Below, in pieces: positions 53,601 to 60,914 of a DNA stretch of 64,000 nt. The translations under genes were made by a program, and so were the position numbers. Each line of letters begins with the position of its first letter. Position 1 is the first letter of the stretch. The notes under the pieces were generated by a model. It saw only the letters and a program-made list of their open reading frames with translations, was not told where the DNA came from and did no database searches. This DNA is from Deltaproteobacteria bacterium (GTDB lineage: Bacteria > CG2-30-53-67): NCBI GenBank assembly GCA_013151235.1, contig JAADIO010000022.1, positions 4,256 to 68,255 on the forward strand, read 5' to 3'.

Positions 53601-55639
53601 CCGATACCGCCGGCACCGTGGCAGAGATCGCATTCCTTGTCCTCGTAGACGTTGGTGCCGCCTGTCGGAGTGACGGTCCGCAGTTTCGGGTCCATGTACT
53701 TGGAGGTCAGGTCCGACACGGAGACACCCAGTGCGGCGGCAATCGACGGAATCCCCGAATCACGCAGGGTTGAGGTCGCGGGACGCGCCGTCGAACCCGG
53801 AATGGTGGGATCGCCGATCCCGGTGTCCGTTTTCCACAGTTCGGAGGCGAGCCGGTTGTGACAGTTCGTGCAGTAGATTCCCTTGCCGGTGCCCGCATCG
53901 ACGTTATCCAGGTACCATTGGCCGATGGCGTTCAGGTGGCTGGGCGTATCGTCCGGCTCGTTGTTACGGTCCATGTTGCCATGAACGTCCCGATTGGTGA
54001 AACAGCCCACGGAGTCACGGATGTCCGTCTGGGCGACGGAGGTCAGCGTCCCCTGGTAGCTGAGCGGGAAGTTGGTCATGTCGCCGTTCTGGGTATGGGC
54101 CGGATGGCAGGCCTGGCAGTTGCCGGCGCGGCCGTTGTTATCCGGCAGCGTACGCTCAACAGCGCCGGAATGACGCATATGGATGGCATAGGTCAGCGCC
54201 TGGTTGCCGACATTGTCCCGGCTGGCAGGGTAACGCTCCGCCTCGGAGGCTGCCGGCACGGACGGAGACTGGTTGTCGCAGAAGCGGTCACCGGCCTGGA
54301 AACGGCCTACGATGTTATCTGCGTGACATGACTGACACATCACTGATTGCCGACCGAGACGGTTGTTCCCGACACCACTCGGGTCGTAGTTGCCAAGGAA
54401 GTTGGTGCCGAAATCGGAATCGTGGATACCGAGCATCCCCACCGCCGCCGACTTCAGCCGGGCATAATATCCCGTGGCCCCCTGGGCGAGCCAGTAATTA
54501 TACTCCTGCAAGGCGTGACCACCCGGATCACCCGCGGGAATGGTTCCGCTGGCGGGATCATAGCCATGACACTTTTCACATGCCGGGGAGTCGATTGGGG
54601 CGGTGCCGAAAAACTGCACCGGTGTTCCATCGTGCTGCAGCATCTGGTTGCCGGTGGAAGCGTTGTACATGTAGACCCACTGCTCCTGAAAGGGCCTGAA
54701 ATCGCTCTCGGCGATGTCGGTAATGTTTTTGCCCACCACCAGGGAGTCGTTGAACGGGGTCAGCGCAATGCCGACAACATCCCAAACATCGGCGGTCGTC
54801 AGAACCACGGGCACATCGGAGAGACGCATGCCATCGAGGCCGAGACCGGCGCCCGCGGCATCAATGATCTTGGTATAGGTATAAACGACCGTCCCCTCAT
54901 TGCCCACATAGGTGAGGCCTGGACGGCCGAGACCTAAGCCGTTAAGTGCATCGGCCGACTTGTCCGCAAGCTTGTTGGCCATCGCCCCGAAGGTGGGGCC
55001 GTGGTCCTGGGGAATATTGAGGGAGGCACCACCGACAGAGATACGATCGGTCGCCAGGGCACCCGCCGCCTTGCCGCCTTCGAGGAAGGGGAGAACGGGC
55101 GGATCACCCGGACCGGCACCGCCGGAAACGCCGATGCCGGAGCCGGCATCCTTCCCGGTAAAGGGATTGTAAGTATAGAGAGAGTCGAACTCAACATTCG
55201 ACAACATGTCCTCAGGGTCGGTGGTGGTCCCGTTGACGTTCGAGTCGGGACTACCGTCGGCCCATTTCTCGGTGCCGTTCCCGGCATCATAGGGGACTGT
55301 CCAGTAGGCCAGCTTTGCTCCCTCCGAGAAGGAATTGTCCTTGAACTCATAGCCGAGCTTAATGTTGTCGGCGGGTGTGAGTTGCTTCGGGTGTGCACCG
55401 GTTTTCACCGCCTGCGCCTGGATCGAGTTGAAGGGCGGCAGGACGCAGCAATAGGAAAAATCAAAACCGGTACAGTGCATCCCCAACTCATAGTTGGTAA
55501 AAATGAGATAGTTCTTCTTGGGTGAGTTGAGATGGCGGCCCCGGCTGCGCCTGCCGCGGGCAACGGCATTCGTCGCCAGCGAGGCGACAAAAAGTACGCC
55601 CAGGACCAGCATCAGAATCTGAATGGCTGTCTTACGCAT
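50651..55639 (-). CDS. giant (~1662 aa) ~16-heme c-type cytochrome with N-terminal non-heme domain and an internal Cna-B/carboxypeptidase-regulatory-like domain
   Basis: Start at MRKTAIQILMLVLGVLFVASLATNAVA (ATG 55639, AAAGGAG RBS); 16 CXXCH motifs counted by eye; TAADGSYNFNGVPLADGDYYACVIP prealbumin-like domain. The ORF-track start at 55828 would overlap the upstream gene. Confidence 0.85.
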   Translation of the reverse strand: MRKTAIQILMLVLGVLFVASLATNAVARGRRSRGRHLNSPKKNYLIFTNYELGMHCTGFDFSYCCVLPPFNSIQAQAVKTGAHPKQLTPADNIKLGYEFKDNSFSEGAKLAYWTVPYDAGNGTEKWADGSPDSNVNGTTTDPEDMLSNVEFDSLYTYNPFTGKDAGSGIGVSGGAGPGDPPVLPFLEGGKAAGALATDRISVGGASLNIPQDHGPTFGAMANKLADKSADALNGLGLGRPGLTYVGNEGTVVYTYTKIIDAAGAGLGLDGMRLSDVPVVLTTADVWDVVGIALTPFNDSLVVGKNITDIAESDFRPFQEQWVYMYNASTGNQMLQHDGTPVQFFGTAPIDSPACEKCHGYDPASGTIPAGDPGGHALQEYNYWLAQGATGYYARLKSAAVGMLGIHDSDFGTNFLGNYDPSGVGNNRLGRQSVMCQSCHADNIVGRFQAGDRFCDNQSPSVPAASEAERYPASRDNVGNQALTYAIHMRHSGAVERTLPDNNGRAGNCQACHPAHTQNGDMTNFPLSYQGTLTSVAQTDIRDSVGCFTNRDVHGNMDRNNEPDDTPSHLNAIGQWYLDNVDAGTGKGIYCTNCHNRLASELWKTDTGIGDPTIPGSTARPATSTLRDSGIPSIAAALGVSVSDLTSKYMDPKLRTVTPTGGTNVYEDKECDLCHGAGGIGGLGPAIAGESAEDLLVATQNAAAEGLMFGGVDTPLTEQEAVDIASELGGETVIDDTNDHYQYKGMGGEVVPGVPYGVVTDGSDFWASAGEPHCADCHAYPFVESQGMNPPWAEPGKYALMRHSKGHERIACQSCHESTHGLYPVSPLNDPTTRNAALQYNANGSHGPVTCGACHVTNNGGVPTVAAKKKVNGVTIGTNYDLAVIYMHTVRDARSTLPTVERNATDNGLGLPLGYGRTMIPEAPANDDCANHNNMTGLALHGTVVDTSTAKVANASVVFVSAADVEASSSIQPIEDVANAVIGGSNSNGGFATTAADGSYNFNGVPLADGDYYACVIPAGSDTAHLPWARRETLKVVNGHVVNMPAFGDITISMTPSTSATYVGSSTCLGCHAKGSLKHTLHFLGFRVPDPSNPGYTMANSLQDMTSWAANADGGLAAFANGDCISFSAQGNTHYAKLGYSGGTPTMQMADNATCSGNLSATYNVAFTYGGEGVAKQRYMLLVGANGEPGTAHVQAGGSSYYYPAPFQWNESGSDPAAFGENGEFSGKWSTPTTMGADVFTPAGLGTTPTGAPTESFGVDCAGCHGGVGITKDSNGNFITQYIDQVASNVYAGNIGCERCHGPGSEHVANGGEGYNIVQPDLLTPGRLTMVCGTCHQRGHGHSVLDSSGAHAGFASVGDLTVDPAITVFKPGMSPAEYYGTADGTGLAPDFGTVGGYWEAIDYTTDHHSWQDIGYESANPFVTSTAAGNVTQVTGSFNHSKGHHQQYYDVVRTTMYKNDMEMVTCIDCHDAHGGPSAAGVVEEHQLTANGDNNALCLGCHNSSLRAPGAGETTPDESLEGADPANFQFVTQSMADDLAAGTTTPTDEATIASEVMRHIGKWVNSTMSYMTYDPVGSGMGRCTNCHMPKTAKTARWENSLTDGSNQYREGDIHSHTFDVVTTEFVDAMRTDLAANGDPDPAGDTTPAGMTNSCGYCHVGALSNP

Positions 55640-55655
55640 GGAAGCTCCTTTCATT

Positions 55656-56588
55656 TTACACATGGTGCCCTCCTTTCCCACCTGCACGACGACGAAGCCC
55701 CAACAGGCCGAAAAGCCCGGTCGCCAGGAAGACGAGGGACGAAGGCTCGGGAACCATTGCCGTGGTGGTAAGGGCGTTAAGATTGTCGCTCGACAACAGA
55801 CCCAGGTCCGCGGCCGTGATGGCGACATTCGAGGTGTTGTTCAGAAAAAGGTCCGCGGCCGATCCGTAGCCGGAGGCGGAAGCCAGCGAAAACAGAACAT
55901 CTCCCGTAACAGCATCAATGGCCAGCGCGTCTAAGTCCTGTCCCTGCTCAATACCAAGCGACGCGGCAGTCCGGAAGATGTTACCAAGACTGTTGAGATA
56001 GATGTTCCCATCACCGGCAAGGGAGAAGTAGACATCCCCGTCCTGACCCGGAACATAAGGTGCGGCACCGAGATCCACGGCATCGAGATCATCATTGTTC
56101 TGTCCGTAAGCGCTATCGTTCAGACCGTAGTCCTCACCATAAGTATCCGCAAAGTTGACCCCCGCAAGCTGGCCCGGGTTGGCGTCGAAAAGCGTCCCCA
56201 TCTGCCGACTGGTCGAGGCCTTCCATGCCACGTCCGTGCCCGAAGCGCCCTGGCTGTTCGCATCCACCGAGAAATAGACGTCGTAGATGCTTGCGGGATC
56301 AGCACTGTCAAACCCGAAGGAGAGGGCGTCGATCTCGTCGGCCGCGGACAATCCGAGATCGGCCGGCGTCAACGCCACGGTGTTGGTGCCGTCGAGCGGC
56401 GTATCGAAGAGATGGGCGCCGTCCGGACTGGTGCTGTATACGTCATTAGGCATATTCGTTCCGGGAGCAACGCCGATCCCGTCATTGAGCACCGAGAAGG
56501 TGTCGGCCCGGCCGATCGCCGGAAGAGCGAAGATACAAATCATTGAGACAACCGCCAGAAGGCGGAGCCTTAACCCATAACATTTCAT
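55656..56588 (-). CDS. PEP-CTERM sorting-signal protein 1 (Asp-rich secreted protein)
   Basis: C-terminus VPEPSSLVFLATGLFGLLGLRRR (PEP motif, TM, basic tail); signal peptide from ATG 56588; 16-bp gap to the cytochrome start. Confidence 0.75.
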   Translation of the reverse strand: MKCYGLRLRLLAVVSMICIFALPAIGRADTFSVLNDGIGVAPGTNMPNDVYSTSPDGAHLFDTPLDGTNTVALTPADLGLSAADEIDALSFGFDSADPASIYDVYFSVDANSQGASGTDVAWKASTSRQMGTLFDANPGQLAGVNFADTYGEDYGLNDSAYGQNNDDLDAVDLGAAPYVPGQDGDVYFSLAGDGNIYLNSLGNIFRTAASLGIEQGQDLDALAIDAVTGDVLFSLASASGYGSAADLFLNNTSNVAITAADLGLLSSDNLNALTTTAMVPEPSSLVFLATGLFGLLGLRRRAGGKGGHHV

Positions 56589-56875
56589 AATGTTTCCCCC
56601 TTGTATGATGTCATTCCCCTGCAATAATCCCGCCGGGAGCGAATGCCTCCGGCTTCCCCCTTTCCGGCAGGCAGCAGATTTGTGAACCTGCCGGAAACAT
56701 AACGTAAAATTGAACCATTGTAAAAGTACGATTTATGTTGGAACCATTTTGTCGGTCATTCTTCACCCCCCTCATATTTAGATGATCACGATATTTGACT
56801 TCAACTTCCGCAGCAAATCTTATGAATCACCCCCTTTCCCGATATAAGATCATTTTGCCCATTTGCCGTAAGCCG

Positions 56876-57697
56876 TCACACCCCGCGACGACGAAAGAAG
56901 ACCGCAAGTCCTGCCAGACCGCTTCCCAACAGCACCAGCGAGCCGGGCTCGGGAACCGTCGCAAGCTGGAGTTCAAGAACCATCTGGTAAGAGAGAGTAT
57001 CGAACCCACTTCCCGGCATCCGATTGCCCGTGGCGACAAGACGCAGGCTCTGACCGTCAAAGGGACGGCCGTCCACCTTGTAGGCGAAGTTGTAACTGCC
57101 ATTGGTCGGAGAGGTCCACGGGGCGGTCCAGAGACGTAAGGGCATACTGTTATCCAGACCGGTGTTCTGCGGGATGAAGACGGCGTTATTCATCACCACG
57201 TGCATCTCGCCGTCACCGGTCACCGTGCCGCCCGGCTCGAAGAAACTATTCCACGGAATGGTATACTGGTTGGCGTCGCCGGTCTCAGTGGAGTGGTCGC
57301 GGAAGTCGACCGTCCCAAGCAGTGTTCCCGGGACCGTATCCGGCAGGAAGGTGTCCGCAGGAATCGTCACCGTCGTACCCCCTCCGCTGATTACAATATC
57401 CATCGTGCCGCCCGGAATCGCCCATTCCAGGGAATGCTGGAAGTTAAAGCTACTCCCCGTGTCTCCACCGTTATATGGATCACTTGCGATTCCATCCACA
57501 CTCCCCGGAACGATGTTGAAGTGGTAGGTACCGTCGGTCCAGGCGACCGGCGTGGCATGGGCAGGGACAACCGCCAAGATGAAGAATAGCCCGAAGACAA
57601 CGGCGACCGCCGCTGTTTTTAAGTGTTGAATGATGATGGTGTGCCGCCACACCGGAACCTCCGCCGACAGGCGGAGTTTCCCCTTGCAAAGATTCAT
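56876..57697 (-). CDS. PEP-CTERM sorting-signal protein 2
   Basis: C-terminus VPEPGSLVLLGSGLAGLAVFFRRRGV; alternative GTG start near 57655 behind GGAGG. Confidence 0.75.
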   Translation of the reverse strand: MNLCKGKLRLSAEVPVWRHTIIIQHLKTAAVAVVFGLFFILAVVPAHATPVAWTDGTYHFNIVPGSVDGIASDPYNGGDTGSSFNFQHSLEWAIPGGTMDIVISGGGTTVTIPADTFLPDTVPGTLLGTVDFRDHSTETGDANQYTIPWNSFFEPGGTVTGDGEMHVVMNNAVFIPQNTGLDNSMPLRLWTAPWTSPTNGSYNFAYKVDGRPFDGQSLRLVATGNRMPGSGFDTLSYQMVLELQLATVPEPGSLVLLGSGLAGLAVFFRRRGV

Positions 57698-57994
57698 AAA
57701 CTTCCCCCCTATGATGTCATTCCCCTATAAAACGGTCTTGAACAATCGCGCCCGAGGCATCCGCCCCCGGCCCCCCTTTTTCTGCGGACAGGAATTTGCA
57801 ACCCTTTCAGATGACAATCATCAACGGCTCCCAATTCCCGTCATTAGATCGACTGGGTACCTCCTTTCTTCAATACGAACTAAAACGTCTCCATTTTCAT
57901 GTTCCTCAGGCTGCAGCACGAATCACTCCCCCCCGGTTTGATACTGCACGCCACGATCGGCCGGAACTTTATGCGGCCATATACAGCAGCATAT

Positions 57995-58010
57995 TGCAGG
58001 TTACATGCCA
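57995..58010 (-). promoter_or_regulatory. sigma-54 (-24/-12) promoter for PEP-CTERM gene 2
   Basis: Minus-strand TGGCATGTAACCTGCA versus consensus TGGCACG-N4-TTGCW. Confidence 0.6.
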
Positions 58011-58112
58011 ATTCTACCCAATGAGCGGCCAGAACAAATAAAAAGATAACATGATGAAAAGAAGGGACTTATTTCGGAGCAAGACAGCCCGTCAACCGGT
58101 TATGCAGGTATT

Positions 58113-58166
58113 CGATAGCGTGAATATATGAAATAATTTTCCTTTTTTGTGAAAAGATTTTCCCAC
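58113..58166. promoter_or_regulatory. conserved upstream element A with inverted repeat GTGAAAAGATTTTCCCAC (candidate enhancer/UAS)
   Basis: ~85% identical to 59500-59553; centred ~150 bp upstream of the sigma-54 -24 element. Confidence 0.55.
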
Positions 58167-58208
58167 TATTTGTGCGGATGCACGATTGTGCGGGCTCCAC
58201 AACGGATG

Positions 58209-58247
58209 CAGACAAAACAAAGGGGGCCGGCCCGAAGGCCCGCCCCC
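58209..58247 (-). terminator. Rho-independent terminator after PEP-CTERM gene 3
   Basis: Minus strand GGGGGCGGGCC-TTCG-GGCCGGCCCCC followed by TTTGTTTTGTCT. Confidence 0.75.
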
Positions 58248-58286
58248 TGATTCTCTCAGATCCTCAATACGCAAGCGACCGGAGCA

Positions 58287-59165
58287 TTATGCACCGGCGG
58301 CCTTTACGGAACGATGATGACGCCGGTGGAGACCGGCGAGAACCGGCAGGAAGGATGCGATCAGGAAAAAAGAGGAGGGCTCGGGTACGGCAGCGGCGCT
58401 GACCCGGATATTGTCCACGATCAGGCCGGTGTCGAAGCTCCCGTCCCCCTCATCTCCGACAAAAAATTCCAGGGTGTAGTCGCCGGCGCCCAGGATAGAA
58501 CTGGTGACCGTCTGGAACCCGCCGAGATAGGTCCCGTCGTAAAAGCTGCTCGCCGGAAGTGTGGGATCGCTGGTCGTCCAGGAAATGCCGCTGAAGTCAC
58601 CGGCGTATAGCGGTGCAAAGGAACCATCGTTGTAGCCGTCGTCCAAGGAGCACTGAACCAGGGAGATCGGAGCGCCCGCGGCAGGCAGGAGGCGGATCTC
58701 GGCGATATCGGCAAGGCCGGCGGTACTCCATCCATCGAACTCACTGGTAGCAATAGTCCAGTCGAGAGCCAGAGTGGAGGGGGCCGTAAGCGTAAAAGAC
58801 TGGCTCAAAGTGGCGATGTCGAACTCGTCGGCGCCGCTTCCGTCCCGGTCAAACCCCGAATCCACACCCGGCGGCATCCCGTTCACAAAGCTGTCGGGAC
58901 TGGTCGATAGGAGCGCAAACCAACTGCCGTCGGTTGCCAAATAGCCGGTCTGACCACTAATATTTTTATCCGGGCTATGGTAGTCGGGGTTGATCCGCTG
59001 GACGTTGCCGGAAGCGGTCCAGCCGGACAGGTCGGTTTCAAAAGAAAGGTTGGTGAGCCCCGTAGCGAAGGCCGCCGCCGGGACGAACAGACAGAAAACT
59101 GCGATCACCGCCATCCAGCGGAGTACGACATTCCGAATCTTTAGTTTTATACTGTATAACTTCAT
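58287..59165 (-). CDS. PEP-CTERM sorting-signal protein 3
   Basis: C-terminus VPEPSSFFLIASFLPVLAGLHRRHHR; N-terminal signal peptide. Confidence 0.75.
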   Translation of the reverse strand: MKLYSIKLKIRNVVLRWMAVIAVFCLFVPAAAFATGLTNLSFETDLSGWTASGNVQRINPDYHSPDKNISGQTGYLATDGSWFALLSTSPDSFVNGMPPGVDSGFDRDGSGADEFDIATLSQSFTLTAPSTLALDWTIATSEFDGWSTAGLADIAEIRLLPAAGAPISLVQCSLDDGYNDGSFAPLYAGDFSGISWTTSDPTLPASSFYDGTYLGGFQTVTSSILGAGDYTLEFFVGDEGDGSFDTGLIVDNIRVSAAAVPEPSSFFLIASFLPVLAGLHRRHHRSVKAAGA

Positions 59166-59377
59166 GAGTTTTCCCTTTTCTCTAATGAGTTACCCCCTTT
59201 TACATGATTTCCCCCCGAGAAGCCGCGTTCCTTTTTCCGGAGGCGCCGGTCCCCAACCGACCCCTTTTGCCGACAGGAATTCGTTTTTTATAACGACGTT
59301 TACCACCTCCTTTCCGGTGGAGCATCAAACCCCTTGTTTGCGTTCTCCGCAGAGGCCGCTTATCCGTATTTAATGAA

Positions 59378-59393
59378 AGCAGGTTCCGTGCCA
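59378..59393 (-). promoter_or_regulatory. sigma-54 (-24/-12) promoter for PEP-CTERM gene 3
   Basis: Minus-strand TGGCACGGAACCTGCT. Confidence 0.6.
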
Positions 59394-59499
59394 ATCCAAA
59401 CCGGAGCAAGGCAGGTTGGGGGAAAAACCGGGTAACCCACTGATAACATAAATAATTATTTTATACCACAAGAGACCGACAACGGCTCATTCCGCTATT

Positions 59500-59553
59500 C
59501 GACAAATCGAATATATGAAATGTTTTTCCTCTTTTGTGAAAAATTTTTCCACT
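59500..59553. promoter_or_regulatory. conserved upstream element B with inverted repeat GTGAAAAATTTTTCCAC
   Basis: Paralog of 58113-58166; centred ~150 bp upstream of the 59393 sigma-54 promoter; its 3' end overlaps a plus-strand -35 hexamer. Confidence 0.55.
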
Positions 59554-59582
59554 TTGACAACATTAAACGATCCCGTTATACT
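59554..59582 (+). promoter_or_regulatory. sigma-70 promoter TTGACA-17-TATACT for the membrane-protein/aguBA operon (possibly leaderless)
   Basis: Perfect -35 hexamer, 17-nt spacer, TATACT -10 ending 7 nt before the ATG at 59590; no SD. Confidence 0.6.
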
Positions 59583-59589
59583 GTGCCTC

Positions 59590-60030
59590 ATGAATGTTAG
59601 TTTAATGGAACGGTACAAACCGGCGGCCGACCGAAGAACACTCCTCCTGATCTCCGGGTTCATCTGGTCAGGCGTAGGGATCATGCTGGTCTCCTTTGCG
59701 CTCGTGTGGCTTTCGGCCCGCGGGGGAACGGCCGCCTACCTTCTCGGCGGATCGGGGCTCGTCCTCTCCTGGTTCATCCACCATTTCGGATTGACGAGGA
59801 TCGTCAACCGGAACCTCGGGCGGATCCTTCCCGTCCGGGATAAAAGATGCCTCTTCTCCTTCCAGCCCTGGAAGAGCTACATCATCATCCTCATCATGAT
59901 TGCCATGGGGGTTACGCTGCGCCATTCCAGCTTTCCGAAACCATACCTTGCCGTGATCTACATGGCTATGGGGGCCGCCCTGATTCTCTCCAGCACACGC
60001 TACTGGAAACACTTCTTCCGGAAATCATGA
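59590..60030 (+). CDS. small polytopic membrane protein of unknown function
   Basis: ~146 aa, 4 predicted TM helices; ATGA overlap with aguB. Confidence 0.5.
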   Translation: MNVSLMERYKPAADRRTLLLISGFIWSGVGIMLVSFALVWLSARGGTAAYLLGGSGLVLSWFIHHFGLTRIVNRNLGRILPVRDKRCLFSFQPWKSYIIILIMIAMGVTLRHSSFPKPYLAVIYMAMGAALILSSTRYWKHFFRKS

Positions 60031-60914
60031 AAAGATCGCAGGCCGGAACAGGGGGGGAAAAGAGACCGGTCACCATCGGGATGATCCAGATGAAGATCGC
60101 CGGTAATCCCGGCACCAATCTCGAACGGGCAAAAGAGCAGGTCCGCGAGGCGGCGGACCGGGGCGCCCGGGTCATCTGTCTTCCGGAACTCTTCCGCATG
60201 CCCTACTTCCCGCGGGAACAGAACCGTTCCGTCGCGCACCTGGCCGAGGCGATTCCCGGCCCCTCGACGGAGGTCTTCTCCTCCCTCGCCCGGGAACTGG
60301 AAACGGTCATCATCGTCCCTCTCTTCGAGAAGGACGGCGGCCGCTACTACAACGCCGCCTGCGTTCTCGATGCCGACGGAAGCCTGTTGCCCACCTACCG
60401 GAAGGTGCATCTTCCGCAGGATCCCTGTTTCTACGAACAGGATTATTTCACGGCGGGCAACGCAGGTTTTCCCCTCTACCGGACCCGGTACGCGGACTTT
60501 TCCGTCCTCATCTGTTACGACCAGTGGTTCCCCGAAGCGGCCCGAATCTGCACCCTGAAGGGGGCCGATATCCTCTTCTATCCCACGGCCATCGGCCGGA
60601 TCCGGGGAGAAACGCCTCCGGAGGGGGACTGGCACGATGCCTGGGAGACGGTCCAGCGGGGCCATGCCATCGCCAACGGGATCCATGTGGCCGCCGTCAA
60701 CCGCGTCGGGACTGAAGGGGAACTCGATTTCCGGGGCGGTTCCTTCGCCTGCGACGCCTTCGGGAAGGTGCTCGATCGTGCGCCGGAGCAGGAGGAGGCA
60801 GTCCTGGTTTCGCACCTTAACCTTTCTCTGAATGAAACGGTCCGGGAAGGGTGGGGCTTCCTCCGGAATCGGAGACCCGCCCTCTACGGAGAGCTGACTC
60901 ACGAAGATGACTGA
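60027..60914 (+). CDS. aguB: N-carbamoylputrescine amidase (nitrilase superfamily)
   Basis: CN-hydrolase Glu-Lys-Cys catalytic triad context (ICLPELF, VLICYDQWFPE); 295 aa. Confidence 0.85.
   Translation: MKRSQAGTGGEKRPVTIGMIQMKIAGNPGTNLERAKEQVREAADRGARVICLPELFRMPYFPREQNRSVAHLAEAIPGPSTEVFSSLARELETVIIVPLFEKDGGRYYNAACVLDADGSLLPTYRKVHLPQDPCFYEQDYFTAGNAGFPLYRTRYADFSVLICYDQWFPEAARICTLKGADILFYPTAIGRIRGETPPEGDWHDAWETVQRGHAIANGIHVAAVNRVGTEGELDFRGGSFACDAFGKVLDRAPEQEEAVLVSHLNLSLNETVREGWGFLRNRRPALYGELTHEDD

Noticed and set aside
51617-53773. 718-aa plus-strand ORF and several other long ORFs antisense to the giant cytochrome gene
   Set aside because: The minus-strand frame carries 16 regularly spaced CXXCH motifs and a signal peptide. 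The antisense frames are Gly/Arg/Val-rich with no motifs.
58172-58402. 76-aa Arg-rich plus-strand ORF downstream of conserved element A
   Set aside because: Overlaps the terminator and the 3' end of PEP-CTERM gene 3 on the other strand. Composition is low-complexity and there is no RBS, so it is likely not a gene, although element A could still drive an antisense transcript.
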